Shown here: positions 52,442-62,543 of the stretch, in pieces
Numbering within the stretch: position 1 is the first letter of the stretch
How the letters are laid out: the number at the start of each line of letters is the position of its first letter
NCBI GenBank assembly: GCA_965209155.1
Contig: OZ242383.1
Coordinates: 2,592,001 to 2,656,000, forward strand
DNA: 64,000 nt
Reading direction: 5' to 3'
Origin: a bacterium
GTDB lineage: Bacteria; SAR324; NAC60-12
Translations under genes and position numbers: made by a program
Notes under the pieces: model-generated
Database searches by the model: none
Told to the model about the DNA's origin: nothing
The model's input: the letters and a program-made list of their open reading frames with translations, nothing else

Positions 52442-53533
52442 ATGAATTCACCTTTCCCGCTTCCAAAACTGAAAAACGACTTGTTACTGCGGGTCATCAA
52501 CCACCTTCCCGTCGACCGGGTTCCGGTCTGGATGATGCGCCAGGCCGGAAGAACCGACCCTCTCTACCAGAAAATTCGCGAAAGTGACGAACGTCCTTTG
52601 GAAACACTCTTTCGGGATGTCTCGCGTGCCGTTGAAATATCACTTTTGCCTCAGAGGCTCGGAGTCGACGCGATAATCATTTTTCAGGATATTCTGACCC
52701 CCTTGATTCCCATGGGAGCCGGATTTTGTTTCCAACCAGGACCCATCCTGGCAAAACCGGTACGAAGCAAATCAGAAATATCCGCCTTACGACCTTTGGA
52801 TCCTCCGCGAGACGTGAGCCACGTCGCTGCGCTCGTTAAGGAAATCGCAAAGCAATCGCGACAGACGCTTCCCATCCTGGGTTTTGCCGGATCTCCCACT
52901 TCGCTGGCTTTCTTCATGATTGCAGGGAAGAGTCCAGGAAAGAACTATAACACGATCTTTCGTTTCATAGAAGAGCAACCGGATCTTTTCCAACAAATGT
53001 TGGACGTGCTCACTGCAATGACTATCGATTATCTCAACTATCAAATCGAATCCGGGGTGCATGCGGTGCAATTGTTTGAGTCCTTTGGTGACGTGATTTC
53101 CCGGAAAATATATGAAGAATTCGTGCAACCCACCCATGAACGAATTTTTTCGGCATTGCATTCCTGCGTTCCCGCCATTCTTTTCGTCAAGGAAAGTAAA
53201 CGACTGGACTTGATGCTGAAAAGCGGGGCGGATGTCTTGAGTGTCGGACAAGCTATCGATTTGAAGGATGCCCTGCAAACAGCGCCGCAAAACATCGTTT
53301 TTCAAGGCAATATAGACAATCGCGTGCTCCTGAATGGAGACCGGGACGCGATCACAAAAGCGGTGCAGACGTGCTTTGAGCAAACCGGGAAGCAACGACT
53401 GATTCTCAACCTGAACCATGGCTTGCTGGCTGACACGCCCTTCGAAAACGTGCAGCATTTCGTCAAGGTTGCTAAAACGCATGGCAGGATCAATAATCCG
53501 GGTCGGAAAACGACGGTACTCAAGCATCGCTGA
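52442..53533 (+). CDS. hemE: Uroporphyrinogen decarboxylase
   Basis: PVWMMRQAGR, DAIIIFQDIL, LNLNHG. Confidence 0.92.
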   Translation: MNSPFPLPKLKNDLLLRVINHLPVDRVPVWMMRQAGRTDPLYQKIRESDERPLETLFRDVSRAVEISLLPQRLGVDAIIIFQDILTPLIPMGAGFCFQPGPILAKPVRSKSEISALRPLDPPRDVSHVAALVKEIAKQSRQTLPILGFAGSPTSLAFFMIAGKSPGKNYNTIFRFIEEQPDLFQQMLDVLTAMTIDYLNYQIESGVHAVQLFESFGDVISRKIYEEFVQPTHERIFSALHSCVPAILFVKESKRLDLMLKSGADVLSVGQAIDLKDALQTAPQNIVFQGNIDNRVLLNGDRDAITKAVQTCFEQTGKQRLILNLNHGLLADTPFENVQHFVKVAKTHGRINNPGRKTTVLKHR

Positions 53534-54380
53534 GCGATGCGATATCTTCAATGATCCCTTCGATTTTTTCGTTGAAATGCTGACGCTGCCGTGGCGTTAA
53601 CAACTTGTCGACGGCAAAGATCATCGCTTTGGTGCGCTTGCGGCCTTCCAGGACGAACTGGCGATATTCCGGAGGATAACCGGCCTCCACGTCCAGGTAC
53701 CATTCGAGCAGGCGTGCTTCGATAGTCGCCGCGCCACTTTCGGAACGCAACAATGCGATAAATTCCCCTTGTCGTTGCAAGCGGAAATGGTAGCGGGCTT
53801 CCAGCGTGTCCGGAACGGACCGGCTCAAATCGGTGATTTGCCTTTTTTGATCGGCAGATAATGGGCCAATCCAATCCTCCATGAATTCAAAGATTTCATT
53901 CGCCCGGTCTTGCAGACGTTCTTCCGGGGATTGTTCCAAACTCGCCTGAAAGGATTTATTCAGTTCTGCCAACTCCGATTCCAGGTTCCGAACCTGACCT
54001 TCCTGCAATTGTGACAGGAAAAAGGCGGAATCCGTGGCTATTTGCCGGACGATATTTTTGCGCAATCGATAGAAATTATCATAAACCCAATCAATTTCGG
54101 AAGCGGTCAAACCATCTCGACTCTTTTGTTGTAATTGTCGCAAAAGCGTGGAGTAGAGTGGAAGTTCGTGCCGTCTGTGCCAGAGCAATTGATTTTGAAT
54201 TTTCTCTTCTAAAAAGGATCTTTGCTGAAAATTGAGATCAAAATAATCATCAATCCGCCAGATCAGCATCCAGTCCGCATACTGGTACATCAATTTCAGG
54301 GAACACGCGCACAGCAGTGACATCGCCAGGAGTAAAGGAAACGTCTTCTTTCCGAACGCTTTCGTCTTCATCTTTACCAT
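53520..54380 (-). CDS. Putative lipoprotein (DUF6279-like)
   Basis: Lipobox LCAC; Y..ADW, WHRRHELP.Y, LTPRQRQHF. Confidence 0.65.
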   Translation of the reverse strand: MVKMKTKAFGKKTFPLLLAMSLLCACSLKLMYQYADWMLIWRIDDYFDLNFQQRSFLEEKIQNQLLWHRRHELPLYSTLLRQLQQKSRDGLTASEIDWVYDNFYRLRKNIVRQIATDSAFFLSQLQEGQVRNLESELAELNKSFQASLEQSPEERLQDRANEIFEFMEDWIGPLSADQKRQITDLSRSVPDTLEARYHFRLQRQGEFIALLRSESGAATIEARLLEWYLDVEAGYPPEYRQFVLEGRKRTKAMIFAVDKLLTPRQRQHFNEKIEGIIEDIASLSDA

Positions 54381-54455
54381 GCTCTTTTGCAGAAATCCTC
54401 AAAACGCAGGTATGCTTATCCTGTTGAACAGAAGGAAAAAAGCGACGGAGGGTTT

Positions 54456-54920
54456 TCAACCGCCTTCAAGTAGCTCAGGCCAGTTTTTATCGCCTTTGAT
54501 GATGTTTCCGGGAACGTCTTGCAGCCATTGATTTTGAACTCCCTTGCTGTAGTTCAGGTACAACTTCCCTTCGTGGATATTCCAGGCTTCCGGATCGATA
54601 CTGGCCGTGTATCCCCGACTGACCGCCCACGCGCAGTAACCTCCATATTGCGGAGCATAGCTTTCGGGAGATTGGACGAACATATCCAGGTTTTCCTGCG
54701 AAGCAAAATACCATTTGGCGTCTTTCCATTCGTATTGGAAATCAGAATCGCCTTCAACCGCTTTACCTTCCTTGAAATAAGCAACCGGATCATACCCTCG
54801 AATGGCCTGTCCGAAAAAATTGGTAAAAATTGGATCCAGTGCCAATACCGGAGTGGTTTGTAAAAAAAAGAATAAAAAGAAACTAATAAAGTTAAAACCG
54901 GATCGCATGAGCTTTTTCAT
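54456..54920 (-). CDS. YHS-domain protein
   Basis: AIRGYDPVAYF, YAPQYGGYCAW, GKLYLN. Confidence 0.88.
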   Translation of the reverse strand: MKKLMRSGFNFISFFLFFFLQTTPVLALDPIFTNFFGQAIRGYDPVAYFKEGKAVEGDSDFQYEWKDAKWYFASQENLDMFVQSPESYAPQYGGYCAWAVSRGYTASIDPEAWNIHEGKLYLNYSKGVQNQWLQDVPGNIIKGDKNWPELLEGG

Positions 54921-54971
54921 TTGGTCCTCCTCCCGATTGACAAGAACGATTGAAAACGATGTTTTATGTGA

Positions 54972-55538
54972 CTAAACATCATTGATGACTTGATACGTGG
55001 TTTGAACAAAGCCATTGGGGAAATTCTTGGTTCCCAGATGGCGCAATGGCAACTCTTTCATTAAGAGACCGAAGAGTGGAATCCCATCTCCCAATAAAAC
55101 CGGAAGTTGGGTGAGAGTGAGTTTGTGGATCAGCCTGGCCTGCAAAAATCGCTGAATGGTAATACCTCCATCGATATAGAGGTGGTTGGCTCCCTCGGCG
55201 GCAAGCTTGGAGACAAGCACTTCCGGGTTAAGGTTTTCCAGTCTGATTTTGTCTTGCAGTGCTTTTGGAATCTCGAGGGTCTGGCTGGAAAGCACGATAA
55301 CAGGCATATCTTCATAAGGCCATGTCTTGAATGTGAGAATTTTTTCGAAACTGTTGCGCCCCATGACCAAAGCGTCTACCGATTCAATGAACGACTTATA
55401 ACCGAAATCATCTTCCTCTGCAGCATATTCCACTTTGCTAAGCCAATCGATTCCGCCGTCCGTCCTGGCGATAAACCCATCGACGCTCGTGGCTACGTAA
55501 ACCGAACATTTGACCTTCATCACTTCCTTGATCTTCAA
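54972..55538 (-). CDS. Dihydrofolate reductase family (RibD C-terminal) protein
   Basis: ATSVDGFIA, MGRNSFE, IDGG, PVLLGDGIPLF. Confidence 0.88.
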   Translation of the reverse strand: MKIKEVMKVKCSVYVATSVDGFIARTDGGIDWLSKVEYAAEEDDFGYKSFIESVDALVMGRNSFEKILTFKTWPYEDMPVIVLSSQTLEIPKALQDKIRLENLNPEVLVSKLAAEGANHLYIDGGITIQRFLQARLIHKLTLTQLPVLLGDGIPLFGLLMKELPLRHLGTKNFPNGFVQTTYQVINDV

Positions 55539-55643
55539 TTTTCGGAAGGGGCGCTTCCTTGCTTCGCTGCAAAACGAAAAAATCCCGCTCCTCCGTAGGG
55601 ATCAGTATCCAACAGTACATTTCCTTGCCAAAAGATGCCAGCC

Positions 55644-55928
55644 TTAAATCGCCGGTCGATAGCGCAATCGCCATCCACGATAAACCTTCAAATGCCCCGT
55701 TCCCGCAGCATCACCAGATCGGTAACCAGGCTGCTCGGTCAGTTCCAACATTCGTCGGGAAAGCTCGAGGCTGACGTTCAGCAGGTGCGCTCCGGTGCGG
55801 TCCCGTATGTCCCGCAATGCAGTGGTTTTGCCTGCTCCGGCCGGCGCGACGACCAAAAGCAGGCGGTAATAAAACTCAACGGCATGCTTGACCATTCGTA
55901 TGATTTGATCGGCAAGGGGTTCCCGCAT
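55644..55928 (-). pseudogene. Truncated BREX type 3 BrxF-like P-loop protein
   Basis: EPLADQI...YRLLLVVAPAGAGKTTAL...NVSLELSRRMLELTE, then similarity is lost after about 65 aa. Confidence 0.65.
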
Positions 55929-56488
55929 CAGGCTTCTTCCCGGGATTTGGCATCCCCTGCGGGAGTTTTGTCCAACTGCCGGTCGGTAGCCTCTTCCTTC
56001 CCCTCGTTGATGACTGTTTCCAGGGGTTCCCGAAAACTGTTATCGCTGCCGGAAGATGACTCGAGGTCTTTTCCGGGCAAGGAGGCCGTCGCTTTGCTTG
56101 CAGGAATCGGATCAATGAGAGAGGCCACTTCTGAAGAACCGGCTTTCACCGTTTCCGATTCCGCAGAAGAATCACCGTTTTTATCGAAGGCATCCGCCAT
56201 TGCGTCCATTCGGTTCGGAGAAGACCAATCTTGGGGTAGCTGGTTTAAACTGTCTTTGACTTCTTTGAAATCGCTGCCTATCGTGTTTTTGATTTCTTTC
56301 AAATTTGTTTCTTCAACCACCTTATCCATCTCTTCCTGAACGGTTTGCTTGATTTCATTGCTCGTCCGCTTGAATTCCGCCAATCCTCGACCCAGGGTAC
56401 GCAAAAAGTTTGGAAATTTTTGTGGTCCAATGACAACCAAGGCGATCACCATGATGATTATCAATTCCGGCATACCGATGCCAAACAT
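55928..56488 (-). CDS. tatB: Twin-arginine translocase TatA/B subunit
   Basis: [26 protein letters not shown]. Confidence 0.82.
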   Translation of the reverse strand: MFGIGMPELIIIMVIALVVIGPQKFPNFLRTLGRGLAEFKRTSNEIKQTVQEEMDKVVEETNLKEIKNTIGSDFKEVKDSLNQLPQDWSSPNRMDAMADAFDKNGDSSAESETVKAGSSEVASLIDPIPASKATASLPGKDLESSSGSDNSFREPLETVINEGKEEATDRQLDKTPAGDAKSREEA

Positions 56489-56693
56489 AGAATATCCTGT
56501 ACGGGTTTGAGACAAAAGTTGATTCAGGTTTCCAAACTCTATCTTGAATTCAGGTAAAAATAAAGCACCGGTCGAAAGGGGTCCCTCATTTCCTCAGATT
56601 TTTTTCAAAGCTGAAAAGGGTTGTGTTTTTTCAAATTCAATTTTACTACTGAAAATATTTGCGTGTCTCAACCATTCTTCCAGAAAGGCGTCA

Positions 56694-58205
56694 ATGACTG
56701 CCGGTATGAAAATCCCGCTGATTGAAAAGGCGAGCTCGTATGGAGACCAAACCGCGATTGTCGACCAAGAGGGTCATCACAGTTACGAAAAACTATTGAA
56801 ATCTGCTCGCAGGACTGCCTCCGTTTTGCTTGCAGGGGAAGATGACTTGAAGGGAAAGCGAGTCGCTTTCCTGGTTCCGTCCGGTTTTGATTACGTGATG
56901 GTTCAATGGGGAGTCTGGCTGGCAGGGGGAATTGCCGTGCCACTTTGTCCTTCGCATCCCATCCCCGAACTGGAGTACGTTTTGGAAAATTCCCAAGCCG
57001 GGCTCCTTATCGGGTCCGAACAATTTGATGAGAAGCTGCAAGCGCTTGCTCAAAATTTTCTTGTGAAATTGTTATTGATGAATGACCTGAAAGAGGATCG
57101 AAAATCATGTTTACCTCCAGTCGATTCAAATCGCGGAGCAATGATCCTGTATACCAGCGGTACCACCAGTCGTCCCAAAGGAGTGGTGACCACGCATCGG
57201 ATCATTGCGGCGCAAATTGAATGTCTGGTGAAATCCTGGGGATGGCATAAAAACGATTATGTTTTGCATGTCCTTCCCCTGCATCATGTCCATGGAATCA
57301 TCAACGTGCTCTCTTGCGCCCTGTGGATTGGGGCAACTTGTGAGATGCTGCCCAAGTTCGATGCCGTCACTGTCTGGCAAAAATTTCTCAATGGCTCTTG
57401 CACGCTATTTATGGCCGTCCCTACGATATACGTCAAATTGATCGCCCACTGGCGGGAATCGTCAGTCAGTGATCAACAAAAAATGTCTTCAGCGTGTGGT
57501 AAAATGCGATTGATGCTTTCCGGTTCCGCTGCCTTGCCGGTACAAGTTTTTGAAAGCTGGCGTTCCATCAGTGGACATGCCTTACTGGAAAGGTACGGCA
57601 TGACCGAAATCGGCATGGCGCTTTCCAATCCTTTGAAAGGCGAGCGCAGACCGGGCACCGTGGGTTTCCGTTTACCAGGAGTGAAAGTGCGACTGGTTGA
57701 TGAGAAAAACGATGTAATCAATGTGGAAGGGGTACCCGGAGAAATCCAAGTGCAAGGAGAAACAGTTTTCAGGGAATACTGGATGAATCCTGAAGCCACA
57801 CGCCAATCGTTCAAGAATCGATGGTTTTGCACGGGAGACATAGCGGTGATCGAAGAGGGTTATTTTCGCATACTGGGCAGGAATTCGGTCGATATCATCA
57901 AGTCGGGAGGGTATAAAATTTCAGCCCTGGAAATCGAGGAGGGTTTGAGGGAGCATCCGGCAATCAACGAGTGTTCCGTAGTCGGAGTTGCGGATGAGAT
58001 GTGGGGTGAGCGGGTATCCGCCGCCGTGGTATTGCATGCCAACGCCAGCTTGACCCTGGAATCCTTGAGAGCGTGGGGAAAAACTCGCTTGGCGTCTTAC
58101 AAAATTCCAGGCAATTTAGTGATTGTGGAATCCTTACCACTCAATGCGATGGGGAAAGTGATGAAACAGGAAGTAAAACAGTTGTTTGCTTCGCACTCCT
58201 TCTGA
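56694..58205 (+). CDS. Acyl-CoA synthetase (MatB/ACSF3-like)
   Basis: YTSGTTSRPKG, LPLHHVHG, ERYGMTE. Confidence 0.88.
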   Translation: MTAGMKIPLIEKASSYGDQTAIVDQEGHHSYEKLLKSARRTASVLLAGEDDLKGKRVAFLVPSGFDYVMVQWGVWLAGGIAVPLCPSHPIPELEYVLENSQAGLLIGSEQFDEKLQALAQNFLVKLLLMNDLKEDRKSCLPPVDSNRGAMILYTSGTTSRPKGVVTTHRIIAAQIECLVKSWGWHKNDYVLHVLPLHHVHGIINVLSCALWIGATCEMLPKFDAVTVWQKFLNGSCTLFMAVPTIYVKLIAHWRESSVSDQQKMSSACGKMRLMLSGSAALPVQVFESWRSISGHALLERYGMTEIGMALSNPLKGERRPGTVGFRLPGVKVRLVDEKNDVINVEGVPGEIQVQGETVFREYWMNPEATRQSFKNRWFCTGDIAVIEEGYFRILGRNSVDIIKSGGYKISALEIEEGLREHPAINECSVVGVADEMWGERVSAAVVLHANASLTLESLRAWGKTRLASYKIPGNLVIVESLPLNAMGKVMKQEVKQLFASHSF

Positions 58206-58217
58206 ACAGGCTTGCGG

Positions 58218-58856
58218 CTATCCCTCATTTGTTTTTTCGGGAAATTCACATTCCTGCGCAATCGGACATTGGGGACAGTCCGGTTTTCTCGCTTTGCAAA
58301 CATAACGACCGTGCAAAATCAAATAGTGATGCGCATCCGGTTTCCATTTCCGTGGAACGACTGCCATCAACTGTTTTTCCACCTGCTCCGGTCTGTTTGT
58401 GGATGCTAAACCAATGCGGTTGGAGACCCTGAGGACGTGCGTGTCCACTGCAATGACGGGTTCACCAAATACGGTATTGAGGATGATATTGGCCGTTTTT
58501 CTTCCCACCCCGGGCAATCCCTCCAGTTCCTCGCGTTTGCGGGGGATCGAACCGTTGTACTGTTCTGTGAGGATACGACTGGTTTTGACGATATTCGCTG
58601 CTTTCGTCTTTGCCAATCCAATGGTCTGGATAGTGGTCAGAACCGCAGATTCCCCCGCATTTGCCAATTCACCAGGAGTGGGGAACTGCTCAAACAAGGC
58701 AGGAGTGACAGAATTGACCGACTTGTCGGTCGCCTGCGCACTGAGGATGACGGAAATTAAAAGCTCGAAGTGATTGCGATGCAACAATTCCGTGACGGGT
58801 TCGGGGATGGCTTTTTGCAATTTCTGAAAGAGACGATGGATTTTTCTATGATTCAT
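58218..58856 (-). CDS. nth: Endonuclease III
   Basis: LSAQATD, LPGVGRKTAN, VDTH, C-terminal 4Fe-4S Cys cluster. Confidence 0.96.
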   Translation of the reverse strand: MNHRKIHRLFQKLQKAIPEPVTELLHRNHFELLISVILSAQATDKSVNSVTPALFEQFPTPGELANAGESAVLTTIQTIGLAKTKAANIVKTSRILTEQYNGSIPRKREELEGLPGVGRKTANIILNTVFGEPVIAVDTHVLRVSNRIGLASTNRPEQVEKQLMAVVPRKWKPDAHHYLILHGRYVCKARKPDCPQCPIAQECEFPEKTNEG

Positions 58857-60258
58857 CGGGTGCTTCCAGGAAGGTGTGATGGATCAATTGCAATGCCTCG
58901 AGGGCATCCTCCTGCTTGACGACACAGGATATGTTGATCTCCGACGCACCTTGCGTGATCATCTCGATATTGATGTTGTTTCGTGCCAATGCTGAAAACA
59001 TCCTCCCCGCCACTCCCGGGACATGCTTCATGTTTTCACCGACCAGACTGAGAATAGCGCGTTGCGGAATGATCGACACCTTGCCCAATTTGGAGAGATC
59101 TTCCTGCATCTCCGACAATCCGTTCTGGCGGTCCACCGTGCAAGAAATATTGACCTCCGAAGTGGATACCAAATCAATCACGATGCGATGTTTCTTGAAG
59201 ATTTCAAACACTTTTGCCATGAATCCGGGGGAATTCAGCATACGGTTGGAATAAATGTTGACGACGGTGACGTCACTCTTTGTCGTCACGGCAACCGCTG
59301 TCCGTTCAGGGCGAAGTTCTTCATGAAAAGAGTCAGCATCGTCCTTCTGAGGGATAATGACAGTTCCCGGTTTTTCCGGGGCAAAGGTATTTTTGATGCG
59401 GATGGGAACGGCACCGGCCATGGCGCACTCCATGGTAAAGGGATGCAGCACTTCCGAACCGAAATAAGTCAGTTCCGCAGCCTCATTGGGATAGATATGG
59501 TCCAACACTTTTGCTGCCGGTACTTTGTTGGGATCTGCGGTGAAAACACCATCCACTTCCTTCCAGATCTGCAGTTCTCGAGCACGAAAACGAGTGGCGA
59601 TCAATGCTGCGGTGAAATCGCTATAGCCCCGGCCTACACCGGCAATGATGCCTTCCGTGACAAATCCGAAAAAACCGGTAACCACCGGAATTTTACCTGG
59701 CTCCAGAGGTAAATTTCGCGTGATGAGTTTTTGCAATTTCAATGTGAAATGCGGGTCCATTCCTTCCAGCCCGGCAGGTGCTATTTCCGACAGATTCACA
59801 TATACGCTCTCGATTCCTCTTTCTTCCAGGATGCCGGTGAGGACTCGAGCCGACAAACGCTCTCCGGTACCAACAATCAGGTCTTGGGATCGTGGCGAGA
59901 TTTCCCGAATCACGCGTATTGCTTCCAGAAACGATTTCAAATGTTGCAATTCCTCGTGGATATCGGCTTCCACTTTATTCCGCAATGCAACGGAATGGAT
60001 GGTTTCTTCCAAAACATCGAAATGCGTATTTTCTATGAGCTCGATGATTGTGGAATAGTCTTTTCCTGCAATGGAATATTCCCCTGCTTGAAGTAACCGG
60101 CTCGTAATCCCTTCCGATTTTTTGTAACTGCTCATCGCGGAAACAACGACGATGACCGGGTGATGCCGGACAGTTTCCCGGATGATATTCGCAACCTGTT
60201 GCAGACGTTCGGCCCGCCCCAAACTGGTTCCACCAAATTTTTGAACGATCAATGACAT
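58846..60258 (-). CDS. lysC: Aspartate kinase
   Basis: QKFGGTS, GRGYSD, DGVFTADP, two ACT domains. Confidence 0.93.
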   Translation of the reverse strand: MSLIVQKFGGTSLGRAERLQQVANIIRETVRHHPVIVVVSAMSSYKKSEGITSRLLQAGEYSIAGKDYSTIIELIENTHFDVLEETIHSVALRNKVEADIHEELQHLKSFLEAIRVIREISPRSQDLIVGTGERLSARVLTGILEERGIESVYVNLSEIAPAGLEGMDPHFTLKLQKLITRNLPLEPGKIPVVTGFFGFVTEGIIAGVGRGYSDFTAALIATRFRARELQIWKEVDGVFTADPNKVPAAKVLDHIYPNEAAELTYFGSEVLHPFTMECAMAGAVPIRIKNTFAPEKPGTVIIPQKDDADSFHEELRPERTAVAVTTKSDVTVVNIYSNRMLNSPGFMAKVFEIFKKHRIVIDLVSTSEVNISCTVDRQNGLSEMQEDLSKLGKVSIIPQRAILSLVGENMKHVPGVAGRMFSALARNNINIEMITQGASEINISCVVKQEDALEALQLIHHTFLEAPDES

Positions 60259-60368
60259 GAATGGCGCTGAAGTAGAATTGTGGGAAATTAAATTGACTCC
60301 CTAGTGAGAAAAGATTAAATCTGAATTTTTTATCATTTCTTCATGGTTTTGAAAAGCATTTATCCAAC

Positions 60369-60998
60369 ATGCAGCAAGAGAAGGAATGGATGAGGAGCGA
60401 CCTTGCGATGATCGCGCTCACTGGAGGGATTGCATCTGGGAAAAGCACAGTCGCTCACTATTTGAGAGCAAAAGGCTTTCACGTGATCGATGCCGACAAG
60501 TTGGGGCACCGGGTTCTCCAGCGCGGACAACCTTCATACCATCAAATCGTTGAAACCTTTGGAAAAGGGATTTTGAATAAGGACGCATCCATCAACCGGC
60601 GGATATTGGGAAACATGGTGTTTAACAATCCGGACCAGTTGAATCAACTGAACCAGATCTCCCATCCGCTGATCAGAAATATGATTTTAGAGCAAATGAA
60701 AGAATTTGCTTCGCATTCAAGGGCAGGTTTGATATTTTTAGAAGCAGCCATTTTACTGGAAAGCAGTTTGATTCCAAAGATGCGGGAAGTGTGGGTTGTC
60801 GAAACAGATCCGGACTTGGCCATTGCTCGTTTAGGCCTGCGGAATCAATTCACTCCGGAAGAAGCAAAAGCGCGTCTCAATGCTCAAATCGACAACGAAG
60901 CCCGCCGTAAGCGGGCAGACGTTTTGATCGAAAACAATGGTTCCTTGTCTGACTTGTATCAGCAAGTGGACATAATTCTCGGGAAAATGAAACTATAG
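60369..60998 (+). CDS. coaE: Dephospho-CoA kinase
   Basis: LTGGIASGKSTV, IDAD, HP, ADVLIENNG; start uncertain. Confidence 0.93.
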   Translation: MQQEKEWMRSDLAMIALTGGIASGKSTVAHYLRAKGFHVIDADKLGHRVLQRGQPSYHQIVETFGKGILNKDASINRRILGNMVFNNPDQLNQLNQISHPLIRNMILEQMKEFASHSRAGLIFLEAAILLESSLIPKMREVWVVETDPDLAIARLGLRNQFTPEEAKARLNAQIDNEARRKRADVLIENNGSLSDLYQQVDIILGKMKL

Positions 60999-61007
60999 GA
61001 TCGTGGA

Positions 61008-61979
61008 ATGCCTGTCACCACTCTCGTAGTCGATGATTTTGCAATAAATGGTCGGGTGGGTTGGTTTTGGAAAAAAATCGCTCCTCACTTCATGGCCGAG
61101 GTGGCGCCTGCCCGTCTTTTGCAGACTCATTCGGAAAATTCGGTCTCGAGTCTGATTGAAGACGCGGTGCAGGGAGGGGCAAAAAAAATTGTTCTGATTG
61201 GAGACGAGCGCAGTCTCTTTCTCGGAATCAATACTTTGATGCGAGTCTCAGAAGAAATTCGCAAAAAAATTGCGGTTGGTTTTTGGCCTCTTCATGACTG
61301 GGATATGCTGGTCTACTCTACGAATATCGGCAACCGTCTGGAAAGAGCGGCCCGGATTTTTAAAGCGGGTCATACTTGTCCCGTAGATTTGGGAAAAGTG
61401 GAATTGATCCGCGATGACCAAATGCCGCACATTTTATATTTCTGGGGGCAGTGCGAATTTTCATACGTAGAAGACAAGGGAGACCTGCTTGCCCCTCCAC
61501 TCTTTTTTACAAAACTCATCCCTTTCCACATCCCGGTGCATGGACATTTACAGACAGAGTATCACAGTTTTCATAGTGATGGCGGTCTGAATGTCCGCAT
61601 CAGCGTACATAACAGCACACCTCACTCCATGCAAATCACTCCGGAGGACTTGAAACAAAGTCGAAAATTACAACTGCATTGGCAGCAAGGGATTTCCTGT
61701 CGGGGACGCTGGCTTCGCTTTCCGTGGCGTACCATGGGAATCAAACAACGGGGGTTGGCTCAGACTGCAAGGAAAAAATGTTTTTCTGTCAAGTTTCAAG
61801 CAACAAACGGTCCCTTGTCACTGAGATTGGATGAACAGCAACATCGTTGTAGCAGCGCTACTTTTGAAATTGCTCAGAACGCCCTACCCGTCATCACCAG
61901 AATAGTGCCTTCCGTATTACCAGAAACTGCTAAAAGCGTACACTCCCCGGTAAAACTCGGTGGAGCAATGACACACTGA
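61008..61979 (+). CDS. Hypothetical protein with weak resemblance to the diacylglycerol kinase family
   Basis: Long ORF; IGDE and PVDLG segments resemble degenerate GGDG and DLG motifs. Confidence 0.4.
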   Translation: MPVTTLVVDDFAINGRVGWFWKKIAPHFMAEVAPARLLQTHSENSVSSLIEDAVQGGAKKIVLIGDERSLFLGINTLMRVSEEIRKKIAVGFWPLHDWDMLVYSTNIGNRLERAARIFKAGHTCPVDLGKVELIRDDQMPHILYFWGQCEFSYVEDKGDLLAPPLFFTKLIPFHIPVHGHLQTEYHSFHSDGGLNVRISVHNSTPHSMQITPEDLKQSRKLQLHWQQGISCRGRWLRFPWRTMGIKQRGLAQTARKKCFSVKFQATNGPLSLRLDEQQHRCSSATFEIAQNALPVITRIVPSVLPETAKSVHSPVKLGGAMTH

Positions 61980-61993
61980 AGAATTTATAAATA

Positions 61994-62479
61994 TCAGATT
62001 GCTTTCTTTGAAAGAGAGGGATCGTCTCTTTCATGAGAAGCGCTTTCCAACAAATTCGAATCGTGGACTGTGATTTTTTCGGAATCCTCGTTGTTGGATT
62101 TTCCATTCACTGCAATCAGTTTTTTAGGAGTTTCATAGGTGAAACATTGTCCTTCAATCACCGCCCCTTCATGGATGATCAGTTTCCCGGGAGGATTGGA
62201 GATGTTTCCCACAATATGCCCTTTCGCAAGCACCTCCAATTGATCCCTGGTAATCAAACTTCCTTCGACTATACCATTCACGATCACTCGCTCTGCATGG
62301 ATAGTGGCCATTATGGTGGCAGAAGGTCCAATTGTCACTTCACTTTGACAATCGATATCACCATGAACTTCTCCATCTATGCGAATCGCGCCGGAACAAC
62401 GAAGTTTCCCTTCGATTTTCATCCCATTGCCCACATACGTGGTGGCCTCCCTACTTGACTTTCTTTTGTTCGTAAACAA
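61994..62479 (-). CDS. Bactofilin (polymer-forming cytoskeletal protein)
   Basis: IEGKL...IRIDGEVHGDI...VNGIVEG...IHEGAVIEG. Confidence 0.88.
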   Translation of the reverse strand: MFTNKRKSSREATTYVGNGMKIEGKLRCSGAIRIDGEVHGDIDCQSEVTIGPSATIMATIHAERVIVNGIVEGSLITRDQLEVLAKGHIVGNISNPPGKLIIHEGAVIEGQCFTYETPKKLIAVNGKSNNEDSEKITVHDSNLLESASHERDDPSLSKKAI

Positions 62480-62543
62480 AATTGTCTCCTCTGCAAACCA
62501 ATTTGTAATAAGAGGGTCTATTCCGCACTGGTAAATTTTAATT

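Noticed and set aside
54456..54920. YHS protein as a second selenoprotein
   Set aside because: The conserved position is a TGC (Cys) codon and the ORF is uninterrupted.
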